Assembly: GCF_023055435.1 (NCBI RefSeq)
Contig: NW_025963890.1
Span: 59,024,001-59,088,000, forward strand
Length of the DNA stretch: 64,000 nucleotides
Reading direction: 5' to 3'
From: Haliotis rufescens
Lineage: Eukaryota
Of this stretch, positions 13,668 through 24,022 are shown piece after piece (position 1 is the first letter of the stretch; each line of letters opens with the position of its first letter). Position numbers and translations under genes: made by a program. The notes under the pieces are model-generated. The model was not told the DNA's origin. It saw only the letters and a list, made by a program, of their open reading frames with translations, and ran no database searches.

Positions 13668-13831
13668 GAGTGAGTGAGTTTGGTTTTACGCCGCTTTTAG
13701 CAATATTCCAGCAATATCACGGCGGGCGACACCAGAAATGGGCTTCACACATTGTACCCATGTCGGGAATCGAACCCGGGTCTTCGGCGTGACGAGCGAA
13801 CGCTTTAACCACTAGGCTACCCGACCGCCCC
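13668..13831 (-). mobile_element. tRNA-derived SINE family A
   Basis: Full-length reverse complement; TSD TTGATGGT. Confidence 0.92.
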
Positions 13832-13877
13832 ATTGATGGTAATCATGTAACCTCGTCAATCCCAGCATCACCAGTAA

Positions 13878-14115
13878 ACGCGTAAAGATCCGGGGTAGAA
13901 TAGGTCTTTAGCAACCCATGCTTGTCGTAAGAGGCGACTAACGGGTTCGGGTGGTCATGCTCGCTGACGTGATTCATGTCTTCGTATCCCAATTGCGTGG
14001 ATTGATGCTCATGATGTCAATCACTGGATTGTCTGGTCCACACTCGATTAGTTACAGACCGTCGTCTTATAGCTGGAATATTGTTGAGAGTGACGTTAAA
14101 CAACAAACAAACCAA
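13878..14115 (+). mobile_element. Short non-autonomous retroelement family D (no tRNA head seen)
   Basis: GATCCGGGGTAGAATAGGTC...GCTTGTCGTAAGAGGCGACTAACGGG...AGCTGGAATATTGTTGAGAGTGACGTTAAAC(AAAC)n. Other copies at 3803, 17911 and 24023. Confidence 0.75.
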
Positions 14116-14470
14116 AAAATCCTAACTCATAACACTGGTTTCGATTGCCAAAAAGTTACAGCGTGTGACACCCATTGTCAGTGTTGGTTACTATGGTATT
14201 ATTGAAGTGCTGGCAAAACTGACTTACATCAACACTTTGCCCTTGTGGAATATAAAACATAATATAATAAGGATCGTTCGATCACATTGCGTGACATGGT
14301 TGGCTGTGCCTTGACCCCGATTGTGTGGAATAATTCTACCGACCACTCGTCGTCACCTTGTTGCAGTGTTCGAAATAAACAGTATTGCCAGACTGCCATC
14401 GGGACCCACAGATTTAAACGACAGCTTATTGTGACAAATAGATCGATACGCAAAGTTACTGCAGGCCTTA

Positions 14471-14632
14471 GGGGCGGTCGGGTAGCCTAGTGGTTAAAGC
14501 GTTCGCTCGTCACGCCGAAGACCCGGGTTCGAATCCCGACATTGGTACAATGTGTGGAGCCCATTTCTGGTGTCCCCCGCCGTGATATTGCTGGGATATT
14601 GCTAAAAGCGGCGTAAAACCAAACTCACTCAC
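14471..14632 (+). mobile_element. tRNA-derived SINE family A (tRNA-Asp-like head)
   Basis: The head CGCTCGTCACGCCGAAGACCCGGGTTCGAATCCCG resembles the anticodon/T arm of tRNA-Asp(GTC). Imperfect TSD TACTGCAGG. Confidence 0.92.
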
Positions 14633-14869
14633 TACTGCAGGTCATAAGGACCCATACAAATTAAAAACAACGGATCCGACCCGAAATATACCTACCAAGA
14701 GGCCGACGGGCATGCGCCTATTGTGAACACCTCCTTGTTGTAGACACTTGGAACAACCCATGTTGTTAGGAGATTAACGGGAGAAAGTGTCTTCTTAGAC
14801 AGGTTGTTGGTAATTGTTGTCGTTCACAATAGGTCTTCATGATTTCCTGACCGCTTTCCGTCATCTAGT

Positions 14870-15145
14870 AGGTGGGGCGTATGCTCGGAAGTTCGACCCC
14901 CGACAATCTTTTTTCAAAAGATGGTACTTGTTGTTACCCTGCCTGTCACTCGGAATTAAGGGGCTAAAACAACTTCTGGTCGACTCGTGTCAGTATACTG
15001 AGTGGGATACTAGTATGTTAAGCTGCAGCATGGTATATAAGTGGGCTGGCACTTTAAGATCGACATTAATCTTGACTAGTACACGCAAACACACGCACGC
15101 ACGCACGCACGCACATACGCACGCACGCACGAACGAACGCACGCG
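14870..15145 (+). mobile_element. Degenerate SINE family C followed by (GCAC)n microsatellite
   Basis: GTTCGACCCC..AAAAGATGGTACTTG..TTAAGGGGCTAAAAC..GGTCGACTCG.GTCAGTATA is complementary to the 23570-23951 element. Confidence 0.55.
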
Positions 15146-15239
15146 TGCACACCTCATAAATCTTTTTATGTCCATTTTGTCGCATTTCACAATATTTTTT
15201 TGACAACGTTATCGCCAGACTGAGGACTAAAGCTGACTC

Positions 15240-15537
15240 GGGGGCACGGGTGGCCCAGTCGTCTAAGCCGCCGCGATTCGCTGAGCAGAGTTGCGTCACT
15301 TGGGCACGCCAGAAACCTATGATTGTGGGTTCGAATCCCGGTTCGACCCAATCATGTTTCTAGGTTTGTCAGCATCATACCCATGCTCGTGGGTTTCACC
15401 GAAGTGGTAAACGTCTGAGACCTGCATCACTTCGGGCTTTCCTCCCACATTAAGCTGACACGCCGCGACATAACTGGAATATTGTTAAAAGCGGCGTTAA
15501 ACCCAACTCACTCACTCACTCACTCACTCACTCACTC
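15240..15537 (+). mobile_element. tRNA-derived SINE family B (~290 bp)
   Basis: GGTGGCCCAGTCGTCTAAG A-box region, GGTTCGAATCC B box, shared tail and (ACTC)n. Near-identical to 23228-23503. Confidence 0.9.
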
Positions 15538-16558
15538 CCTAAATATGACTCAGTTATAAAAATATATGAACAGGTGGGGTTATGCTGACTGGGGCGTTAA
15601 CACCATTCAGTAACTCCCTTACTTCAAATAAAAGCAATACGACAAGGTGTTAGTCTCGTGAAACACGGGAGAATGGGAATGGTACTAACAAACGTAGAAA
15701 CATATATAATCGGGGCGAAACGGGATTCGAACCCATATAACACGGTGAGGTACAGCCAGGTATTCGTTTCTAACTATGGTACTCTAATCAGATGGGATAG
15801 TGCGTGACATGATGTGTAAATATACAACTATGTATCATAAATTGTGCTGTATCGATCTGTAAACAATCACCGCACACAAGATATGAGGGCACAGACAATT
15901 GAAGTGTGTTGAGATCGTAGACGTATTCGTGCCTTCAGTCAAAGGGAGACAATCCTTGAGGTCCTAAATTTGCAATCGCGTTCACTTGGCTTATTCTGAC
16001 AACTAACATGATCTTTATGGGTGTCGTGGTAAGGCGAATGCCTTAATTTGAACAAACTTGGTTTGAGTCTAGGTCTGGGTGTTGGTTAAGAATATAGATT
16101 GTAGACATGTTTCTTCTTAAGTGAAATATTACTTCAGACGACTCAAACATGGAGGGGAAATTGAAGTGATAGAAGCGTGTGTAAAATCAACAATTTAGGC
16201 CATTGAAACAGGACTGTTAATAGACAATAGAAAATAGACATAAAACAGTGTGAATGTTAGGCAGCTGTTAGCAATATCCCGACAGGGAACCAGAAATGGG
16301 CTTCACACATTGTACACGGGTTAGGAAGAAACTATAGAGAGAGAAGATGACATTTCCGATGTTCATCAAGGTACTCCAACATTAATAAACTTTAAACTTG
16401 ACATTTTTTCATTACCTGCAAATATCGTCCTGTGTTTGAAGTCGTTAGATTGAGATTAATTTGTTTGTACGGGCATAATATCCATGACATTTTGTAAGTT
16501 CAAAATTTCATATTTCTAATGAGAAATATAACCCCAATGATATACATACAGTAATAAC

Positions 16559-16705
16559 TACAGTAAACTACGTTTATAACAAATACGCTTATGACGAATT
16601 GAACTGACCGATATAACGAACTTATTTTTTGGCACTTACCAACTGCTGTTTATATGCCGTAAATATGCTTATTAAACGAACTACGGTTATAACGAACTAA
16701 AAGGG
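16559..16705 (+). mobile_element. MITE fragment (TA-CAGT terminus, Tc1/mariner-pogo-like)
   Basis: TACAGTAAACTACGTTTATAAC with repeated TATAACGAAC; same family as 41719-41886. Confidence 0.55.
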
Positions 16706-16723
16706 CGTGATAATACCCTCCTC

Positions 16724-16754
<31 letters not shown>

Positions 16755-16757
16755 CCC

Positions 16758-17351
16758 GTGTTCGGGTGTTTGACACAGAGCTCCACCCATGGTACGACCC
16801 GGAATATGTAGAGGGCGTCATTGAAAATGATAAATACAAAATCTTTTGCAATAGGCCCGTATTAAGCCTCAGACGTATCCAGGTCACAAAACCTGATCTT
16901 GTCCTTTTTTGATAAATCCAACGAAATCATTTTTATTATTGAATTTTCTGTCCCTTTTGACACTAATGCGATTGACAAGATCCAGGAAAAACATGGCAAA
17001 TATGCAAAGTACCAAGTTGTCCGACTCCCCATTGTTCTCGATCCCTTAGGTTTGGTATGTCCAAATCTGTTGACTGACATTGGTAGAGTACCCGGGTTTG
17101 CTACCAGGAATACAGCCCTTCTGACAATCTGGGTAATGCAGAAGGCTGCAGTGTTGGGGAGTCTTCACGTTCTCCGAAAAGTTCTGTGTGGGTTTGACTA
17201 GGCAGCGCTTCCTGGGAGAAGTCCCACTCGCTGTCTGGGCTGCATGTAGTGGGGGCAAGGACCCTGGGCTGATGATGAGCCTAACCAGCCTGATTGTGCC
17301 AGGATAACCCAAATCTTCGTTACTGCATTTTTTATCTTAATATGTACATCA

Positions 17352-17400
<49 letters not shown>
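16758..17400 (+). mobile_element. 3' fragment of an R4/Dong-like non-LTR retrotransposon (restriction-like endonuclease) ending in (TAC)n
   Basis: HPWY..VIENDKYKI..KPDL.LFDK..IIEFSVPFD.N..KIQEK..KY..PIVL..LG..MQKAAVLGSLHVLRKVL matches the PD-(D/E)xK RLE C-terminus. Stop at 17201; microsatellite tail at 17352-17400. Confidence 0.75.
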
Positions 17401-17401
<1 letters not shown>

Positions 17402-17463
17402 ATGGTGATGATGATGGTGTAAAAACCGACATCCTCATGGATGTTTGTATCATACTGTCAGGA

Positions 17464-17673
17464 GTGAGTGAGTGAGTTGGGTTTAACGCCGCTTTTTATT
17501 TCAGTTACATCACGGCATGTCAGCTTAATATGGGAGGAAAGCCCGAAGTGATGCAGGTCTCAGACATTTACCACTTCGGTGAAACCCACGAGCACGGGTA
17601 TGATGCTGACAAACCTAGAAACATAATCGGGGCGAACCGGGATTCGAACCCAGAATCATAGGTTTCTGGCGTG
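17464..17673 (-). mobile_element. 5'-truncated SINE family B
   Basis: TSD TACTGTCAGGA at 17453-17463 and 17674-17684. Confidence 0.88.
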
Positions 17674-17910
17674 TACTGTCAGGACAGGATACGAGAGGAA
17701 TGGATGAGTATACAGGGAGTATGTGTAAAACTAACTTCTTGCATGCGCCGTGGAGAGTGAGTGAGTGGGCATGGTTTAACGTCGTTTGAACAGTATTTCA
17801 GTTATATTACTGCTTGTCCACAGGGTAACCGATAATCGAACTTAACCATTTTGGTGCAACTCGCTGGTATGGGTATGGTGCTGATAGACCAAGGATCATA
17901 ATCCGTGCGG

Positions 17911-18043
17911 ATTGGGTGGATCGATGCTCATGATATTAATCACTGGATTGTCTGGTCCAGACTCGATTATTTACAGACTGCCTTCATATAGCTGGAATAT
18001 TGCTGAGTGCTGAAGACCTATTCTACACCGGATTTTCACGGGT
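17911..18043. mobile_element. Rearranged family D element (3' half on +, 5' end inverted on -)
   Basis: 17911-18010 matches the body of 13878-14115; 18008-18043 is the reverse complement of its head. Confidence 0.65.
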
Positions 18044-18648
18044 CAGTTGTTTTGTGTTGCTGATCAACATATAGATGTGTTATGTCTGTTGACACAACCT
18101 AAAGTTGCTTATGAAATATTTACACACTGTATTCCGGTATTTCTAAGCCAGTGATCAAAGGCAAATACTATATAGTCAAACCACGTTCTTGTTCGACAAA
18201 AACAACAATGTTCTTCTGTATATACTTAGTTTACATTTATATACAAACAACACAGGTATGTAGTGCGTAATCCATTGTGAAACAGGCGATGACTATATAC
18301 AAAACGTATCAGCTTATTTGGGAAGAAAGTCTGAAGTAATGCAGGTCCAAGACATTCATCACATTGGTGCCATCCACGGACATACACGTGTTGCTGACAA
18401 ACCATGGTCGTTGATTAGGGAGAATCTGGGATTCGAACTCATTATCAGCGAATCATGACAGCTGAGCAAAGCAGCTGTATGGACTAGTGAGTTGGGAGCA
18501 GTTCTCTGTTGTAGGTGTGGATGAATTGTGGTGAAAATAAAGTTTCATAGCTTCATAATTCAACCAACTTGAATGTTTCTTGGCACAACAGTTGCAGAGT
18601 ATATCCGAGGGAGGCCGCTCCCACTGACGCGGAGTGAGATGATAAACG

Positions 18649-21445
18649 TCACCATTTGTTTGAGGAGATGGTGCAGCCTTGTTTAACAAGATGTCGAGCT
18701 CGCGTGCGTGTGTTCCGAAGACGTCTCCAGGCATAGTCGTAAGTGAGTAGTGCTGACTGGACATTTTTCTCGTGACTCTTGACAGTTTTGTATTCCGCCC
18801 TTCGCACGAAGACACTACAACCTTGAGACACAACTTTGTTCACCTGGGCTTTTACAATCCTGTGTCCAAGGAGGCGGGTTTCCCAGTTAGCATTGTCCGG
18901 AAGATGGCGGCAGAGTGTGTTCAAGACCACGAACCTTCGCCCATTGCGGCTCACCTGAACACCGATTTCATAGAGAGCTGGCTTGCTCTTCATAGAGTTG
19001 AAGATTTTCTTGGTTCTGAAGCCAGTTTTAACATCACCCCAGCGTTTCTCCCACCTGTCTGCGTCTGGTTTCGCTGGGAGCCTAGGGGAGATAACTTTGA
19101 TCCAGGGTGACCAGTCCATATCTTTCAGGGCGAAGTTGTCCTCTGGGATCTCCTCTCTATTCAGCAATGTTTTCTTGCTTGGTGTCTGTGTAGAAAAATG
19201 GATGGACAGATTCTTACAATAATAGCATCAACTTGCATGACCAACACCCAGCATGGTAACGCATTATGGTGTGATTTGGACGAGAGTGAGTGAGTGCGTA
19301 GAGTTTTACACCTCTGTTACCAGCATTCAACCATTTCATATGACATTTTGTACCCATGTGCCCATGTACCCTTAACTTGGCGTGGTGTGGCAAAGCGTTT
19401 AACCACGAGGATACCTTCCTACCCTGGTGTGAATCGACTAATAAGTAGCTATGTAATAACATGATGATTATTTTGTGTACAAAAAAGGGATTTCTGTGAA
19501 AACGTATTGACAACAATGTGTAAATATATCCTTTGATTTCTTCATGTCTTACCTTTATCTTTGTAGGCTTTGGTTTCCTGATGGGAGTAGGTTTTGATTT
19601 TCTGGTTGTGATTTTTCTTGCAGGTTTTGACAAGACTGGAACGGTATCGACTTTCTTGCCACGAGAGTTTGTCACCTTCTTCGACGTTGAAGTGACGGTT
19701 GTTCCATCGCGTAGGGCAGTAAACATTCCTTCCACGTCTTCACTCAGAGAACCGTCAGCACGGCGGGCTCGAACCTCTTTCTCATAGGCCTAAAGTAGTA
19801 GATAAATTTGTTTATGTCATTATGCATAATAAGCCTAGAAGCCCATGGAAATTGAACACATTTGTAAGCATATTTACCCTATACCCACATTTACCATGTA
19901 TACTGAAAGATCAAGCGTGATAACTCCGTAACTGTGCATTTCACAGATGTTCAGTCCTGAGTGGTCCTGAGTGGTCAGTTCAAATTAAATGAAACCATAT
20001 TGATGCAGGGAAGAGTACAATACGATCTGTTGTTCCTTGCTTCAAAATTGAAGTGTCTTACATGTATTCCTCGTGGTCATGTGTACCATGTTGAGTAACC
20101 TACTCGAAACTGAATGACGAGTTGTTTGTCCCGGAAAGATGTAATGGACATCACCAATTCAGGGCGGAAACATAACCCTGTGTTATAGATCGTAGCTTAT
20201 TCTCTAAATATGAAAGAATGAAAGTACAGGTTGTTTGAACCCTAGCTGTTGGTCAGCTGTTAGCTTACCTCCAACATATCTGCCCCCTGCTCCCTGTAGC
20301 AGATGGCCATGAGGAGATCAAACACGTTGGAGAAGTCTTTGAGTTGAAGATAGCGGCCTCCCGACTCCGCTGATATGGTTGTGTAGAATGGTATACCTCC
20401 ATATCCACACTCAACACCGTAAATCTTGACTCCCTGTGGAAAATACATATAAAAGGTCAACGCTAGAGTGAGTGAGTGAGTTGGGTTTAACGCCGCTTTT
20501 AACAGTATTCCAGTTATATCACGGCGTGTCAGCTTAATGTGGGAGGAAAGACCGCAGTGATGCAGGTCTCGGACGTTTACCACTTCGGTGAAACCCACGA
20601 GCACGGGTATGGTGCTGACAAACATAGAAATATAATCAGGTAGAACCGGGATTCGAACCCACAATCATAGGTTTCTGGCCTGCGTAAGGGACGCAACTCT
20701 GAATATCTGCAAATCGCGGCGCATTAGACGACTGAGCCACCCCTGCGCCCGTAAACGCCAGAGAACAATGAGAATCGATGATCTGCCGAAAAAGATTCCA
20801 TTTAGCTTAACGGGCATCATAATCGTGAAAATTACCTGAATGGATTAGTGAAAAACAGTGATGACACCAGGTGTTCGCCAAAGGAATGTAAGCTATTGCT
20901 GAGTACATATGAAGCGGTTTTTTCCACATGATGTTGTGGTGGAGAGAACAAATGATGTAGCTTTTAGATTATTAAAATCTGTAAGAAAGTCAACTCACCA
21001 TGTTGGTCAGTGTTTTTAGCTCTTTCCTCCAATCTATCATCAGTTTATTTCCACTGAAGCTTGGTGCGTGTGGTGAATCATCCCCAATAAGGACAATAGC
21101 CCGATTTGAACCCGGCGTCCATGACAGTTCCTCCCCAATTTGTCTGAGAACGAGTTCGTAACATTCGCCTCCGTCTCCTCCGCCCCCTGTGCTTCTGACG
21201 TTTTTAACGAATTTGCAGAGTTCATTGACGTCAGTGGAAAAGTCGACCCACTTGGTTGCTTCACTTCCATCACAGTAGTCACCGTGTGCGAAGACGGCGA
21301 TTCTGATGGCGGGGATGTCAGCCTGGAGCCGCTGTATCATGTCCTGGAGTCGACCTCGGACTTCGGCCAAACAGCTGCTCATGGAGCCGGTTGTGTCAAA
21401 GGAGAAGACAATCTCCGGAAGTCCACCAGGAGGAAGCAAAGCCAT
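18649..21445 (-). CDS. VWA + Lys-rich linker + ET/GIY-YIG-like protein, copy 1 (divergent), 461 aa; coding exons 21445-20999, 20433-20269, 19789-19553, 19185-18649
   Basis: All-phase-0 GT-AG introns join four open frames: MALLPPGGLPEIVFSFDTTGSM (MIDAS DxTxS), GDDSPH, K-rich exon, then DWSPW..PALYEIG..WETRLL..YDYAW. The same structure recurs in six paralogues. Non-coding exon 1 is at about 22050-22146. Confidence 0.88.
20469..20750 (-). mobile_element. SINE family B in an intron of copy 1
   Basis: Full-length reverse complement; imperfect TSD AACGC(T/C)AGAG. Confidence 0.9.
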
Positions 21446-21626
21446 GTTGAATCTGTTGAAATATTCAAAACAACTGAAGACTATGCATACGGGAAGTGTT
21501 ACTTTTGAAATTGATACAGTTTTATAACCATTAACTCAACTGATTGGTCAATACTTGTTGTCTGGGGACGAAACAGATACCGTTCACCTTCGTACCTTCG
21601 ATCTCAAAGCATCTGTCTTGTTATTT

Positions 21627-21713
21627 TGTCATCATCATCATCATTATCATCATCATCATCATCATCATTAAAACATAAAATGCTGCAAAGAGGGTTAGGG
21701 TGATCCTGGCATC

Positions 21714-21746
<33 letters not shown>
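21627..21746. repeat. (ATC)n and (AAT)n microsatellites
   Basis: Directly visible. Confidence 0.8.
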
Positions 21747-21758
21747 TATTATACTATA

Positions 21759-21917
21759 TACTGTCTCCGAGCCGACCAGTCCTCGTATTAGCCCCTGAAT
21801 GCCGAGCGCCAGCAAGTACCATCTTTAAACGTCTTTTGATATGACGCGGTCGGGGATCGAACCCCGGACCTCCCGCTCTCCTGGCGGACCCTCTACCACA
21901 ACACCACGGAGGCGGCC
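21759..21917 (-). mobile_element. tRNA-derived SINE family C (Meta-domain-like), partial
   Basis: Reverse-complemented B box GGGATCGAACC; CCGAGCCGACCAGTCC...ATGCCGAGCGCCAG body shared with 23570-23951. Confidence 0.75.
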
Positions 21918-22142
21918 ATTAATCATAAGGACACATCCTAACAAGGTATGGTAACAGCACAATACATCTCGAATTGGTTTTATAAAATTTAAGTTTTCCT
22001 TGAAAATAAATTTTAATTATGTTGGTCGTAAGTTGTATATTAGTGTTACCTGTTTATAACCAGGCTGTTGTATTAAGTGATGTACTTGGGTAACTCTCTC
22101 TCAACCTGTCCTTGCACAGTACAGCTACGTCGATATCAGTAG

Positions 22143-22445
22143 ACTGATCCTAGTCGGCCACTCGGACAGCTTTTATACTGGCTGGGAGGCGACGATATCA
22201 CATGACGCGGATTTGTGTCGGTAGCAAGTTTAGACATGCCTTGTGACTGTTTTAGACCTGATCGATGATTTCGTAAACTAGATCAAAAACATGTTCCCAA
22301 ACTCAAACCGCTCACTCTCTCTCGAACACATCCTTTACTTCCATATTCCCTACACTGTCTGAACAACACTTGTTGGTTGTGTGTGATAGGAACTAGTAGT
22401 GTGCGGAGTTGGCAAATAGTTCATGACGTCACTGCTTCGCGGAAT
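22143..22445 (-). promoter_or_regulatory. Promoter of copy 1: Inr, TATAAAA (22171-22177), p53-type element (22222-22241), CRE+GAS-like composite (22424-22445)
   Basis: The motifs sit at equivalent positions in all paralogues, upstream of a conserved AG|GTAAC donor. Confidence 0.65.
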
Positions 22446-23227
22446 ATCTAGCAATAGCGCTTGGAGGTGGCTGATTACCCAATGCTCAATCAGCAGTTTT
22501 ACAGCCGACAGCGGTAATGTTGTTGGGTCGATGGCAATGTGGACACTCTGTGTATATTATTCCGAATTTTTGTATTATTGTATTATTCCAACTCAGTAGT
22601 GGATTTGGGTAAAATAGATCCTGCTACTAGCACACAATGACATGTCATTACTGAGATTAAATATTTCTGAATAGTCAGGTCGTCATGTTTTATTGCTTAC
22701 AAATTAATGTTAAGTGTATGGGTATCAGTGAGTTTACTACGAGTTTAATATGGTTTTTAATAGTTTAAGATTGATTGGATGATATTGTGAAAGTTTTATA
22801 TGTTTGTTAAATTGCAAAAAGCGATCAAGTTTTTTAAATATATAGTCTTTTTGTGACTTATGCTGAATATGACCAGACCACAGTTTGTATAAAGTTTGTG
22901 ACATTTGGTGTGAAACTGGGGTTGGTGTGTTAGCTTCCTGTACTCAGAAAAAGAGCTGGCTAAGCAAGCCAAACTTTGTGATTTTATTGCAGCTTCATGG
23001 CCAGACTGAGAACACGTATACACGTCATGGCTGATGAATGCCTCGTTATTCAAAAACATATAAACCGTTACTACAGAAATCTATGAAAATAGATATAAAA
23101 AAATTGGTTGTGTTTAACCTAATCACACCTGACCTTTCGTTCGAGTTAACAAGGACCAAGACATTATCCCCTTCAGGTCGGTCACTGTTATTTGCACCTC
23201 TCGCCAGGTCTACTTCACTGGAATAAA

Positions 23228-23503
23228 GGGGGCACGGGTGGCCCAGTCGTCTAAGGCGCCGCGATTCGCTGTGCAGAGTTGCGTCCCTTAGGCACGCCAG
23301 AAACCTATGATTGTGGGTTCGAATCCCGGTTCGCCCCGATTATGTTTCTAGGTTTGTCAGCACGATACCCGTGCTCGTGGGTTTCACCGAAGTGGTAAAC
23401 GTCTGAGACCTGCATCACTTAGGGCTTTCCTCCCACATTAAGCTGATACGCCGAGATATGACTGGAATAATGTTAAAAGCGGCGTCAAACCCAACTCACT
23501 CAC
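23228..23503 (+). mobile_element. SINE family B
   Basis: Full-length; TSD TCA(C/T)TGGAATAAA. Confidence 0.92.
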
Positions 23504-23569
23504 TCATTGGAATAAACCGTTACAGTAAGGCATTACAGCGAGATGGATAATAACGTAACACGTAGGCTC

Positions 23570-23951
23570 GAGGTGAGGTGAGGTGAGATGGGGTGAGGTG
23601 AAGTGAGGTGAGGTGAGGTGGGGTTTAACGTCTGCTTGTACTAGCCAGGACTAATACCGGTTTCATAGTGCTAGCTCACTCATATACCATGCCGCTGTTT
23701 GACATGAATACCCCACTCAGACACAGTATACTGACTCCGAGCCGACCAGTCCTTGTTTTAGCCCCTTAATGCCGAGCGCCAGACAGGGCGCCGACCAGTT
23801 TAAAATCACCTTAATGCCGAGCGCGAGGTAGGGTAACAACATGTGCCGTCTTTTAACGTACTTAGTATTTGGTATGACGCGGCCGGGTATCAAGTCATCG
23901 ACCTTACGCTCTCCGGGCAGACTGTTTATCCACTAGACCACGGAGGCGGTC
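23570..23951 (-). mobile_element. SINE family C with (ACCTC)n tail
   Basis: tRNA-like head at the right end, body shared with 21759-21917, (GAGGT)n at the left end. Confidence 0.75.
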
Positions 23952-24022
23952 ACGAGGCAAGCGACGCAATGTGTTAAACACGAACTGTCGCGAATGTGAT
24001 GATGGAGATATGTTTTGTGAAT

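Noticed and set aside
14471-14545. tRNA-Asp-like gene
   Set aside because: No proper acceptor stem; it continues into a SINE body, tail and TSD, and occurs in many dispersed copies.
21140-21508. Antisense ORFs over the VWA and last exons
   Set aside because: Shadow frames of the real minus-strand exons, with variable starts and stops among copies.
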